From assembly GCF_030144855.1 (NCBI RefSeq), contig NW_026781254.1, forward strand, positions 124,001 through 188,000: 64,000 bases of DNA, written 5' to 3'. The notes beneath the pieces are model-generated. The model saw only the letters and a program-made list of their open reading frames with translations, had not been told where the DNA came from and made no database searches. Below, piece after piece: positions 27,701 to 37,009 of this stretch. The translations under genes were made by a program, and so were the position numbers. The stretch is from Hypanus sabinus. Lineage: Eukaryota. Within the stretch, counting starts at the first letter, position 1. Each line of letters starts with the position of its first letter.

Positions 27701-30700
27701 AGCACCACTGCTGGAGTTTCTTCCAAAACTCGGGCCTCTGGTACAAACTCGCCTGGGACCGTCGGGGGGGGGGGGGAGGGGCTCCGTAGACCAGTTCCGC
27801 CAAGGTGGTTTCCAGGGCCTCCAGAAGGACCCAGGGAAGCTCATCTGTCTAGTTGGGGGCCCCTGAGGCACACCATCAGGGCCGACATCAGATGTAGGTG
27901 GAATCGCTCTACCAAACCGTTGGACTAGGGATGGTACGCTGTGGTGTGATGCAACTGGGTGCCCAGGAGCTGCGCCAGTGCTGTCCACAAACCAGACAGG
28001 AACTGCGCCCTTCTGTCGGAGGTGATGTCTGATGGGAGGCTAAACCTGGTGCAGGACTCAGTGGATGTGTCTGTGAGCGGTATGGCTTCCAGCCATCTGG
28101 TGAACCTGCCTACCCTGGTAAAGATATACCTGGCACCCCGGGAGACTGGCAGGGGGCCGACGATGTCCACGTGGATGTGTTGGAACCTTTGCTTCGGCTG
28201 GATATGCTGGAGGGGAGCCTTCACGTGCCACTGGACTTTGGTGGTCTGGCACTGTATGCAGGTCCTGGCCTAGTGTCCAATCTGTTTGCGCAAACCATGG
28301 CAGACGAATCTGTCCGCTACTAGCTTGATGGACGGGTGGGCCAGGTTGTGCTGCGGGTCGGGTTTTAACGGTAGACACGTCTACCGGTAGACAGGAGTCG
28401 ATCCGCTACCAGGTCGATGGAGATGTCCTCCAGCTGGAGCCCTGAAGGGCGGTGTGGTAAGCTGGGAACTCGCTGTGCGACCGTTGTGCTTATGCCAGTG
28501 CTGCGTGGTCTATTCCTGAGGACAATATGACTACTGAGTGTGTTCGCGACGACATTTTTCTTCCCTGCGATGTGGCGGGTGATCGTGGTGAATTCTGAAA
28601 TAAAGGACCGGTGCCGCTGCTGCCAAGCTGACCTTGGTCCAATACCTTGGCCAGGGCGAAGGTGAGGGGCTTGTGGTCCGTATACACGGTGAACTCCCTT
28701 CTCTCGAGGAAGTACCAGAAATGCCGGACTGCCAGGTAGAGCGCTCGCAACTCACTGCGAAAACAGTGTACTTCTCCTCTGGTGGCCGTAGGTGCCGGCT
28801 GAAAAAAGCGAGTCGTCGCCACTGGTCCTCGGCGAGCTGCTCCAGGACTCCGCCGACTGCCGTGTGGGAAGCGTCGACTGTGAGTGCCGTGGGTACAATG
28901 ACTCTTGGGTGCACTAGGTGGGTTGCCTTTGCCAGCGCCTCTTTGGTTTATTCAAACGCCTCTGTGGACTCTGCGTCCCATGCCACTTCTTTGGCCTTGC
29001 CGGCCATCAGGTTGAACAAGGGTCTCATGATGCGTGCCGTCGCTGGGACGAACCGATGACAAAAGTTGATCTTCCCTGCAAACTCCTGCAGGCTCTTGAC
29101 CGTGCTGGGCTTGGGGAACTGGCGGATGGCCTGGACCTTGTCCGGTAGGGGAACTGCGCCATGTCGGTTGACTCTGTGGCCCAAGAAATCGATCTCAATC
29201 AGCCCGAACGGGGACTTCGCCGGATTGATTGCCAGTCCGTAATCACTCAGGTGTTGGTAAAACTAGTCCAAATGTGCAAAGTGCTATCGGTAGGAAATTC
29301 TGGCCACCAGAATATCGTGCAAGTAAATGAAAATTAATTCCAGGCCGCGTCTCACCGAATCAATGAGCCTTTGGAAGGTTTGGGCTGCATTCTTGAGACC
29401 GAAAGGCATCCTCAGGAATTCGAAGAAGCCTAACTTCTGTCAGGGTGCACTGGGATCTGATGGTATATCCAGACCAGATCGATTATCGATAAGATGGTCG
29501 CTCTAAGCAGGTACGCCTTGAAGTCCAGGATGTGGGGTACTGCGTATTTGTTGGCGGTTGTTAGTCGTTGAGCCTTCCGTAGTCACCGCAGGGCCTCCAT
29601 CCTCCTGCGGTCTTGGGCACCATGTGCAGCGGGGATGCCCACGGGCTGTCTGAGCGGCATACGATTCCCATCTCTTCCACCTTACGGAACTCCTCCTTGA
29701 CAAGGTGGAGCTTGTCCGGTGGGAACCTTCAAGCTCGGCCGTCCTTGCGTGGGGATGTGCTGCTGTTCGCCATGCTTGGGGTCGGCCGTGGAGAACTGCG
29801 GGGTGACTATGTAGGGGAACTCCATCAACACCCTGGCGAATTCATTTCCCGTGAGGGTCACGGAATCCATGTGTAGGACCAGTCGCTTAGCTTCTCCGAG
29901 CTGTAAAGTCTGGAACATCTTGGCGTGGACCAAACACCGGCCTTTTAGGTCGACCAGGATATTTGCCCTCATAGGAAATCTGCCCCTATCAATGGCTGTG
30001 ACGGTGCTGCCAACGTGAGAGTCCGAGTGAAACGGCTGGACACGAAATGCAGTGAGATAGTTCACGGGCCGTATGTCCGAATACTGGTGCCACTGGCAGT
30101 GGTGATTTCAGTGGTGTTACGAGTTTCCATGTTCTGGAGGGGGAGGGGGAGGTTGAAGTGTCCCAGAATTTCCCGGAAAAGCAAATGGTGGACGGCAGTG
30201 GCACGCGCCTGGGCCCCATCTTTGTTGATAGAAACACCATTGTTCCGAACGTTCGTCTTTTTCCCACGTGGGTCTCGGCGGCTTCGGTTGTGCGGACTGG
30301 GCCTTTGGTCGCATGATTGTGACTTGGTCAATGCAGGCTGCTCCATGTTGCTTGTTCTGCCAAAGGACGTCTACTTTAGCCACGACACTGCATGGGTCGC
30401 TGAAATCCTCATTCGCGAAGGGGAGGCAAATGGCCTCTGGCATTTACTCGAGGAACAACTCTTCAAATAAAAGGCAGAGCTTACGGCCATCCGTGAGCGC
30501 CAGCATATCTTTCATGAGTTCAGATTGCGTGCGGTCGCCCAGGCTTTCCATGTGTAGGAGCCGTGTGGACCGTTCACGGCAGGAGAGTCAAAAGGCACAG
30601 TTCAGGGGCGCATTAAGCTTAGTGTACCAGTCCTCTGTTGCTGGCTGGCTAGGAAGTTGATGATCCGGCCTGCTATCTCCTGGTCGAGCGTGCTGATCAC

Positions 30701-32410
30701 GTAGTAATACCGCGTAGTGTCGGCTGTAACGTCCCTGATATCGAACTGGGCCCTCAGAGAGATTGCGCTGTGCGAGTTGCTCGAACTCAAAGCAGTTTGC
30801 TGAGTCGCCAGCTCCAGATGCCGTCTGGAACGCCGGGGTCACCAATGCAGTGATGCGCAATGCGCTACTAAAGAAACACACGGAGGCAGAGAGAGCTGAA
30901 CTCAGATTGCCTTTACTGACTCAACATCGGATGTTTAAATCTTCCGTCCCATGGGCCCCTGCGACCCGCGGGGCGGAAGTGACGCATGACTTTCCCAGAA
31001 AGTTCCGCCCCAAGCGGGTTGTTCCAAATGCGCCACTGCGTGTCTACCCGTGGCTCCCAATGGCGGTTCGAGTCACGCGTGTGCGGGCCGCCACAGCAGC
31101 AAGTTCCTCAGTGCTGAGGTGGGAGCAGAAGCCTCAATAATGCATCTATTAGGAATAGCTCTGAGAGCCTCAGACAACCTATTGGCAGTCGAAGAGTTAA
31201 TATAGCAAGAGCAACGTACAGAAAGAAGAGATTTAGTAGGGGGAAAAGGGAGATCCGTCAGACAAGCATCAATTATTTCCACATTGCAGATCGGACAAGC
31301 AGTCGATAAGACTAGATCGAGCGTATGGATTTGCTTGTGAGTGGGACTGGTGATAAGCAAAGCAAGATTAAAAGACTCAACCAGATGCGTAAAATCACTT
31401 CGGAGAGTTTTAACGGGACAGCAAACATGAATATTAAAATCATCAAGAATCAGAACTCGATCAAAGTTGGGCATAATATTTGAAAGGAAGTCCGCAAATT
31501 GAGTGGTGAAGGAGAGCAATTAAAATGGGGATTGACCAGGCCCACTTTAATTAATCGCACCTCGAAACTGGAGAAATAATCTGAGCTCAGTAGACAGCAT
31601 TTAAAATGATTCTTAAACACAGCGGCTAGACCTCCTCCGCGTCCGGACAGTCTAGGCGTGCTAAAAATGTTGCAGTCATCTGGACAAATTTCAACAAGTG
31701 GAGCAAGCTCCCCAGTGCTTAGCCAAGTTTCTGTTACCAGTAAGAAATCCAAACCCTGGGGGGGGGGAAGGTGAAAAAAGTCTCATTAGATAAGCACCTA
31801 GCGTTGATCAGAGCCACTTTGACTGGGACAACAACATAATCTGGAATGACCCCCACACCAGAAGGCGGAGGTTCTGAAAGACCTCTCCACCACGTCATTA
31901 TGTGTCTGACACTGAAGATTAATGTGATTAAATTTTGTGTTACTGATAAACCCTGGGGATTTGTACTGTCTCCTGTTTCTCTTTCTCCTTCACCCTCACT
32001 CTGTCTCATCTCCAGACTGTATGATGTCGGTCTCACAGATTCTGGTGCCGAGGATCTCGTCTCTGCTCTCAGTACAAACCCATCACTGACGGTGCTGAAC
32101 CTGGGGTGGAACTCTCTGACAGGCCGATCTGTCCCCGCTCTCCACCGCCTCATACAGACCCACCCGAGTCTGAAGCTGATCTGGTGAGTGTCGGTGTTAA
32201 TATTCCATATGAGAAAATATTAGCGGATCTACTGGTTTTCTGGTGAAATTTGTCTGTGAGTGTTGTTGAAACATTAACCCCGGTCCCCTGTTACTGACAC
32301 TGTTGTGTAAACTGTTTAATACTTCCATCTGTTTCAGGCTGTACGGGAATCAGTTCAATGAGAGAGGTGAGAAGGAACTGAATTTCTGCAAGAACCCAGA
32401 CCTGGACTGA
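664..32410 (+). CDS. NLR (NACHT-LRR, NLRP3/NLRC3-like) gene; join(664..718,3902..4068,5964..6135,6238..6303,21069..22806,23853..23939,24095..24265,32016..32183,32338..32410), about 898 aa
   Basis: All introns are GT..AG with matching phases (1,0,1,1,2,2,2,2). Summed length is 2697 nt = 899 codons with no internal stop. Contains NACHT Walker A/B motifs and RI-type LRRs. The first exon is the least certain. Confidence 0.85.
824..3385 (+). mobile_element. Tc1/mariner DNA transposon (IR/DR type), decayed, interrupted by a CR1
   Basis: Left TIR CAGTGGCATGCAAAGTTCTGGGCACCCC at 824 after TA; inverted copy ends at 3385; inner direct repeats near 1020 and 3190. Transposase HTH ORF 1207..1452, QQDNYPKH and SPDINII motifs (catalytic Glu codon now TAA), end at TGA 3179-3181. 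Confidence 0.92.
1690..2702 (-). mobile_element. CR1 LINE, 5'-truncated, inserted in the Tc1 transposase
   Basis: catagaaacatagaaa tail; RT fragments in ORFs 2073..2429 and 2587..2787 (VAYMDFS, MEFHPDKCEVVH); the Tc1 frame resumes near 2703. Confidence 0.9.
3902..4068 (+). CDS. NLR exon, N-terminal helical (death-fold-like) domain part 1
   Basis: Acceptor ttcctag, donor GAG|gtgatt; encodes DPKSTISDLLTRCEDYQLLHLTTFYRERLKLAIEERVEGLSWMMRKEGQFSEWEYE. Confidence 0.85.
5964..6135 (+). CDS. NLR exon, N-terminal helical domain part 2
   Basis: Pyrimidine tract plus cag acceptor, donor G|gtaca; encodes EVTELVQRRNRTESSKLFFSLVIEKDTQAQRVMWVSFVEMRKELPKLDKILKEIQEL; phase 0 to 1. Confidence 0.85.
6238..6303 (+). 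CDS. NLR linker exon (GPDPYEHMNLTRSFCELSTHLK)
   Basis: tatag acceptor and AAG|gtgagt donor; 66 nt, symmetric phase 1. Confidence 0.8.
6705..8108 (+). mobile_element. tRNA-derived SINE (V-SINE/HE1-like) split by a CR1 (pieces about 6705-6859 and 8005-8108)
   Basis: The piece ending ggtttcttcccacattctgaaga continues after the CR1 as gatgtacaagtcagtaggttaattggtcac, followed by an A-rich end. Confidence 0.6.
6862..8000 (-). mobile_element. CR1 LINE 3' fragment
   Basis: CR1 3' end (catagaaaagtacaacacagaaacaggccc) and decayed RT sequence on the minus strand. Confidence 0.8.
8995..10325 (-). mobile_element. CR1 LINE 3' fragment
   Basis: ORFs 9060..9425, 9429..9668 and 10023..10370 (QHGFTKGKSCLTNL, VYLDFQKAFDK, LYRALVRPHLE); caatagacaatag tail. 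Confidence 0.93.
10535..11267 (+). mobile_element. CR1 ORF1 fragment (SGNH esterase-like domain) interrupted by a solo LTR
   Basis: Removing the LTR restores MIGDSIV; downstream sequence reads ARVWDVSDSVRNIL. Confidence 0.75.
10847..11063 (-). mobile_element. Solo LTR (217 bp) with 5-bp TSD GGGGA
   Basis: Minus strand starts TGTGGTAAAC, contains AATAAA and ends TGCATCC (mutated CA). GGGGA lies at 10842-10846 and 11064-11068. Confidence 0.8.
11268..17226 (+). mobile_element. L1-clade LINE, near full length, decayed
   Basis: ORF1 pieces 11551..11895 (LESRRRRMNLCILGLPE) and 12004..12219. ORF2 APE start near 12895 (IISWN, QET), APGPDGY, YRPISL, YADY near 15290, CxxC-H-C knuckle near 16545-16600. 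Ends at (TA)n. Confidence 0.9.
13022..13332 (-). mobile_element. Short CR1 3' fragment inserted in the L1 endonuclease region
   Basis: CR1-type 3' sequence (acagcacattacagac, cactcacaaccctctgtgta) interrupts L1 ORF2 just after QETRI. Confidence 0.7.
17227..19852 (+). mobile_element. CR1 LINE ORF2 (APE + RT) and 3' tail, decayed
   Basis: ORFs 17268..17495, 18030..18401, 18511..18786, 18799..19026 (KFAEDTK) and 19295..19693; ttctatgtttctatgtttct tail. Confidence 0.93.
21069..22806 (+). CDS. NLR large exon: FISNA-like region, NACHT NTPase, helical domains and first LRR
   Basis: Contains ORF 21122..22810. Walker A GLPGIGKT, Walker B LFIFDGLDE, sensor VLVTTRP, winged-helix FPHLSVQEF. Acceptor tttaag at 21067-68, donor AG|gtaac at 22807. 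Confidence 0.97.
23853..23939 (+). CDS. NLR LRR exon (87 nt)
   Basis: Encodes LGENEMGDSGIKLVSAALRNTECKIQKL; ttttag acceptor, gtaagt donor; phase 2-2. Confidence 0.93.
24095..24265 (+). CDS. NLR LRR exon (171 nt, RI-type A/B pair)
   Basis: Encodes MERVGLTDSGAEDLSSALCTNSSLMELDLGINELGDSGVKLVSAALRKPECKIQKL; 171-nt phase-2 exons are canonical for NLR LRRs. Confidence 0.95.
26517..27142 (-). mobile_element. Putative LTR-derived insert(s) next to the Gypsy 3' LTR
   Basis: Non-L2 sequence starts TGTAGCAC at 26517; a second segment runs TGTTGTGAG (26602) to gtccataa (27140) with LTR-like termini. No clean TSD. Confidence 0.45.
27146..31095 (-). mobile_element. Ty3/Gypsy LTR retrotransposon, decayed (gag-PR-RT-RH-INT)
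   Basis: LTRs at 30846-31095 and about 27146-27355; PPT G-run at 27353-27361. gag 30117..30881; RT with YLHD near 29310-29333; RNase H (VDASHTAVGGVL) 28531..28914; integrase (HVDIVGPLP, TTAYHP) 27925..28224. Confidence 0.93.
30830..30844 (-). other. Primer-binding site complementary to the tRNA-Trp 3' end
   Basis: + strand ACGCCGGGGTCACCA matches the vertebrate tRNA-Trp 3' end ACGTCGGGGTCACCA at 14/15 positions, 1 nt from the 5' LTR. Confidence 0.8.
32016..32183 (+). CDS. NLR LRR exon (168 nt)
   Basis: Encodes LYDVGLTDSGAEDLVSALSTNPSLTVLNLGWNSLTGRSVPALHRLIQTHPSLKLI; ctccag acceptor, gtgagt donor. Confidence 0.93.
32338..32410 (+). CDS. NLR terminal coding exon (LRR cap)
   Basis: tttcag acceptor; encodes (W)LYGNQFNERGEKELNFCKNPDLD* with TGA at 32408-32410. 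Confidence 0.8.
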
Positions 32411-33829
32411 CAGTGATCCTGTGAATATCTGAATGTGTGAACATCCCCGCCCTCTGGATGGGGACATTTTGGCCGATTTCCCACCTTCCATCTTCTTTAA
32501 TGGCCGCACACCAGATGCAATTCTCAACGGTTTTAATGGAAACGGCTCCAGTCTCCTGCTTGGTGACATTGGAAGTGTCCCTGCATTGACGTACTGCCCC
32601 TGCCGGATGTGCGGTTTCGAGACTTCCCACATGAGACTCCGGGAATTACACAGATAGAGAGAACCTGGAGGACAGATCGCAGTCTGGGACACGGTGTCCC
32701 GGGGTGGGATTATCCCTGGAGAGACTCATTTTGCTCCCTTTGCTGAGGACGGTGCATTCGGCAGTCTGGCCGATATAATGATGTTAAATTGACAAATCCC
32801 TCGGCAGTGACCCTGGATCTGCAGCGATCCCGGACACGGCCCTGAAGTGTGATTTTATAATCATCGGTTCCCCGATGCAGAGTGACGGTGAGAAACGGGA
32901 CTGATTATTCAAACTGTCACTCGTCGCCGGTCAGTTAATTGAATGTGACTGCGTGAATCGGGAGAAGCTTATTTATTCCCGCATGTCAGCAGCTCACTCA
33001 TTGTTTAATTTACATTTGTCATGATGAAATTAATGAACTGCCGTAACTTCCTGTCTTGGTGTCAGACAAGTCTCATTAGAGGAGAAACAGTGATCTGGGT
33101 TTAATGCTGTCCCCTGCACCTGGTAAACTGCATTAATGGGTCTGAGCTCCTCGTACTGGTACAGCAGCGCCTCAGCACCCCTGCCCGTTCACTCCCACCT
33201 TCCGCACTCCCATTGGGACCCAGCCCTTCCCATTCACTCACACCATCTGCCTCCCAGAAGGACACGTCCAGTTCATTTCCAATGGGTATGGGATCCTGGA
33301 AACTGGCGGGACTGCCTGAATTCCGAGTTTGACAGAACTCAGAGCTGCGTTTACAGAATTTTGAGGAGAACTCCGATGGGTTTATTAGTCACACGGAAAG
33401 TCGAGGGTCCTGTGGATGTTGACGACTTTGTAACACTGATGATACTCAGGACTGAAATTGGTCTCCTGGGTGAAAGTAATGGGCTGACTGATAACGTGCA
33501 CCATGGGCGGAATTAAGATGGCCGTGGTCACCTTGTTTCTCATGGCCGGCAGGGAGGGAGTGATACACTGACAAGAGAGTAGGAGTGATAGGCAGAGCTA
33601 AAAGGAGGGAGCGACGCCTTGGTTAAAATGAGCGGCAGAGAAGGACGTTGACTTCAAATGTTCGACGCCTCACTTGAAATGGCCGCTGGGAGGGAGTGAC
33701 TGATTTGGTAGAAGTGAGCACAAGAGAGGGAGGGACGTGTTGATTTAAGATGGGCGAATCCTTGGTTAAAATTTATGGTTTATATAGCCTTGTGTATTGT
33801 ATGTTTTAATTCTAACAATGTTCTCATTG

Positions 33830-33835
33830 AATAAA
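33830..33835 (+). terminator. Candidate poly(A) signal of the NLR gene
   Basis: AATAAA in AT-rich context followed by GT-rich sequence, about 1.4 kb after the stop codon. Confidence 0.35.
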
Positions 33836-33889
33836 ATAATGTATTTATCTCAGATATTCACATGTACACATATACATGTGGGTTTTGGG

Positions 33890-36870
33890 GAGGGGGGTGA
33901 GGAGTTTGGGAGGAAGAGGAGTGATGGGACGAGGAGTGGACTGATGAGTCAGTGAGCGTGGCGAAGTCACTGACTTAACAGGAGATGGAACGGGGAGGCG
34001 CGGAAATTCCTGTCACAAACTGGGGGCCGGCATGGAGAAGATACAGATGGGGTGAGGAGCAGGGAAACGACAGGAAGAAAGCGGCTGTGGTGGAACAGGG
34101 TGGGAGCTCGATGTGATGGGACTGGGAGGAAGCGGCTGGGAGGAAGGCAAAGTGATGGGACTTTGAGGGAGGGGAAGTAATGCGAAAGTATGTGATAGGA
34201 TGGGAGAGAATGGTCTAAGAAGACAGGGTGGGGAGGAAGAGTATGGGGAGTGTGGGTGAGTGACTTTTTCAATAATGGAAGAAGGATGGGTGGTGACTTT
34301 TCCTTCGCAAATAAGACGAGCTGCTAGAAAGGGGGGCGTGGATGGAGCAAGGGGGGAGTGAGGGGTCGGCGGCGCAGTTAGGGTAGACGTGACGGAAGGT
34401 TAAGTGCCTCAACGGAGGGAGAAGGAAGAGACTCACTCAACGACGGAGGGAAGGGATTAGATGGGGGAGCGAAATTTCTCATCAGGAAATGTCCACCTCC
34501 CAAGATGTGGTGGATGGCGGCATAAAAGACAAGGGGACAAAAAGGGGAGGGTGTCAGGGCTGAAGGGGTGAGCAGCGGAGTGATTCACTGGGAACAGAAA
34601 GAGAGAGGGCGATGAGGAGAGGTGGAAATTGGCTTTGCAAAATGGCCACCAACCGGCATACGATGCAGAGCATAGAGATGGCAGGGAGAGGAGAGCGAGG
34701 GGAGGGAGGGAAGGGGTTTGCGAGTGATGGGGTGGGAAGGAGGTTGACCAGATGGTGAGAGTGAGAGAGTGACGCACTTCGTGGTGGCAGAAGTGGGAGG
34801 AAGTGTCTCACACTTTCACAAAATGGCTGTCGGGAGGTTAAATGAAAAGTTGGGAGAGCGAGAAGGGACGGAAAGGTGAGGAGTGATGAAGAGTTGAGAC
34901 TGAATAAACAAGGATGGAAGTGAGTGGAACGTGAGGAAAAGGGTGCGACTATTTCTACGATGCAGGGAGAGCAGTTATCAATGGTAAAAATGACAAAATT
35001 ACCGCCAGCCAGGGTGAGATGGGCGGTGACAGAGGGGAAACGAACAGAGTGGAGTGTTTCAGGAGTGACAGGATGGCAAGGGTGGGACAGCGAGTCGTTA
35101 CAAAGGAGCTGGAACTGGGAGTAACTAATGGGAGGAGTGTAGCAAAGAGAAGAGGGTGTCACCGTTAACGTACACCATCACGCTCATGCCGCGCCCCGTC
35201 TCCAAAATACGACCTCGATTTATGTTTTACTTATTTTGCTGCCCTCCTCAAGTCGCTCAAGCCCGAATCCTTCGGTCTGTCCCGTGCACCGGGGAACGTG
35301 TCGTCACTGGGGCCTGTAGAAGGCATTAGTGGGCGCGGGCTTGCTGGAGAAGATGGAGGCGAGGTCTGTTGATGCCGGCTATTTAGCGTGAATCTCCACT
35401 ATTTTCTGCAGCGTGAGGGAGGGGGAGAAATCAAATTGAGGAGGGGAGGGGAGAAAGAGAAGGTGAGGCGAAGAGGCGAGACGAATAAAACCATCATCGC
35501 CCAAGGTCATCCATTACTCAGGACTTCAGCCTCTCCTCTCTCTCCCACTCCCCCCCCATCCTCTTTTCTCTCTCCGTCTCTTCCTGAACTCTCTCACCAT
35601 CTCTTCTCGCTCCTTTCTCACCCCACACTATCCTCTCTCCACCTCCTCTCGCCATCCTTTTTCCCCCTTTCTTCCCTCCGCCCCCATCTCTCTTTGTAAC
35701 CCTCCCGCTCTCTTTCTCCCCGTCTCTCCCCACCCCCTTTTCATCTCCCCCTCTCTTCTATGACCCATCACTCGCCGTACACACCCCGTGCACAGGAAGA
35801 TCCCACTCACCACAGGAAGGTGTGCGGTGCAGCACCCGATGTTCCTACAGTTGATAATGTCCCTGAGGACGGACATCAACAGAGAGACCAGGCAGTTTAC
35901 CAGCAAAATCACCGTAATCCCGCTCACAGACCTCTGATAGAGAGAGGGGTGTGTGGGAGAGGAAGATATGGTGTTTGGCGGAGAGACATGGGAGGGAGAA
36001 AGAGTCTGTCGGAAAGAGGAGTAGAGCGGAAGAGGGAGAAATGTGGTGAGAGAGAAAGGTGAGAGACAAGAGGGGCAGGAGAGGTGAAAGACAGACAGGA
36101 GGAGAGGAGCGAAGGAGGGGTATTTGTAGAGATGGCCGGGGAAAAGAGAGGAAGGAGAGAGATGGGAGACGGAGAGTTGGGTGTGAGGTTGTGAGGTAGG
36201 TGGAGGTGGGAGACAGAGACGGGGAAGAAGAAAGGGGCATGCTGAAGAGAGGGGAAAGGTAGGAAAAAGATGGGCGTAGGGAAGGGGAGAGAAAGGAGCG
36301 GTGGGGGCGAGAATAGTTGATAGACGAGTCAGAGATGGAAGAGAGTGGAGAAAGACAGGGTGGGGAGAGAGAGGAAAGGGGTAGAGAAACATGAGAGGCA
36401 GGAAATGAGAGAGATCGGATAAGAAGCGGGACAGAAATATGGAAAGCACAGGAGGGAGAGAAAGGTGAGATGGAAGGGGATAGAGATGGAGACGGATGAG
36501 TGGAGAGAGGGGTGAAAGGGAGAGAGTGTGTGACGGAGCGGGAAAGGGAGGTGAATGACAAAGGTGAGCAGAGGAGATGAGAGCTAATAGACAGAGAGGG
36601 GAGAATTGAGAGTGTGAAAGAGAAGGGACGTGTGAAAGTTCATCTGGAGGGGTAGAGAGTGGTGAGAGACGAAGGAACGAGAGAGGAAGAGGTAGTGAGA
36701 CAGTGAGAACGAGATAAAGCCTATAATAAAGAGGAGGGTAGCTTTGGTGTTGAAGGGATAAAAGGAGCAGATAGAGACGGTGGAGAGGGAAGGAGAGGGT
36801 TGGCCGGGGAGAGGGAGGAGTGAGCGCGAGGAGGATGTGTTTAGACTTCGGGGGGTAGTGGAGAGAAGTC
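33890..36870. repeat. Low-complexity GA-rich / CT-rich region
   Basis: Strong purine bias on + at 33890-35160 and 35940-36870, switching to pyrimidine bias at 35520-35760. Confidence 0.85.
35304..35933 (-). pseudogene. Two exon-like islands (35811-35933 and 35304-35405) of an unidentified gene or relic
   Basis: A 123-nt island with pyrimidine tract + CAG acceptor and GTGAGT donor, and a second island with a ctgcag acceptor. Both are complex sequence inside low-complexity DNA. Confidence 0.45.
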
Positions 36871-37009
36871 TCTGTTAACTCTGTGTTAGAACTGTAGATC
36901 TCTATCAACAGTAAGCACCAAGTTTTGGTTTATGGTTCCCTGAAAGTGGAATCTCAGGTCTACGGGGCGGTGAAGGCAGCATTTCACAGGCCAGCATTCA
37001 TCGGACAGG

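Larger units (their letters stand above)
24299..31892 (-). mobile_element. L2-clade LINE (ORF2 nearly complete; pieces about 24299-26516 and 31096-31892), split by LTR elements
   Basis: caagtcaagtc tail at 24301; YADDIQLY near 25345-25368; ORF 24917..25177 (KYLGVI, LDYSNSL); APE motifs in 31073..31752 (VTETWL, DDFNIH, TLDLV). Confidence 0.9.

Noticed and set aside
30830-30844. tRNA-Trp gene
   Set aside because: Only the 3' 15 nt including CCA match, next to an LTR; this is a primer-binding site.
27210-31140. Numerous overlapping + strand ORFs of 60-150 aa
   Set aside because: Antisense shadows of the GC-rich Gypsy gag-pol region.
35628-36908. 426-aa minus-strand ORF (also 35845..36561 and 34554..35162)
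   Set aside because: L/S/P-rich translation of CT-rich low-complexity DNA, which lacks stop codons by composition; only the 123-nt island looks exon-like.
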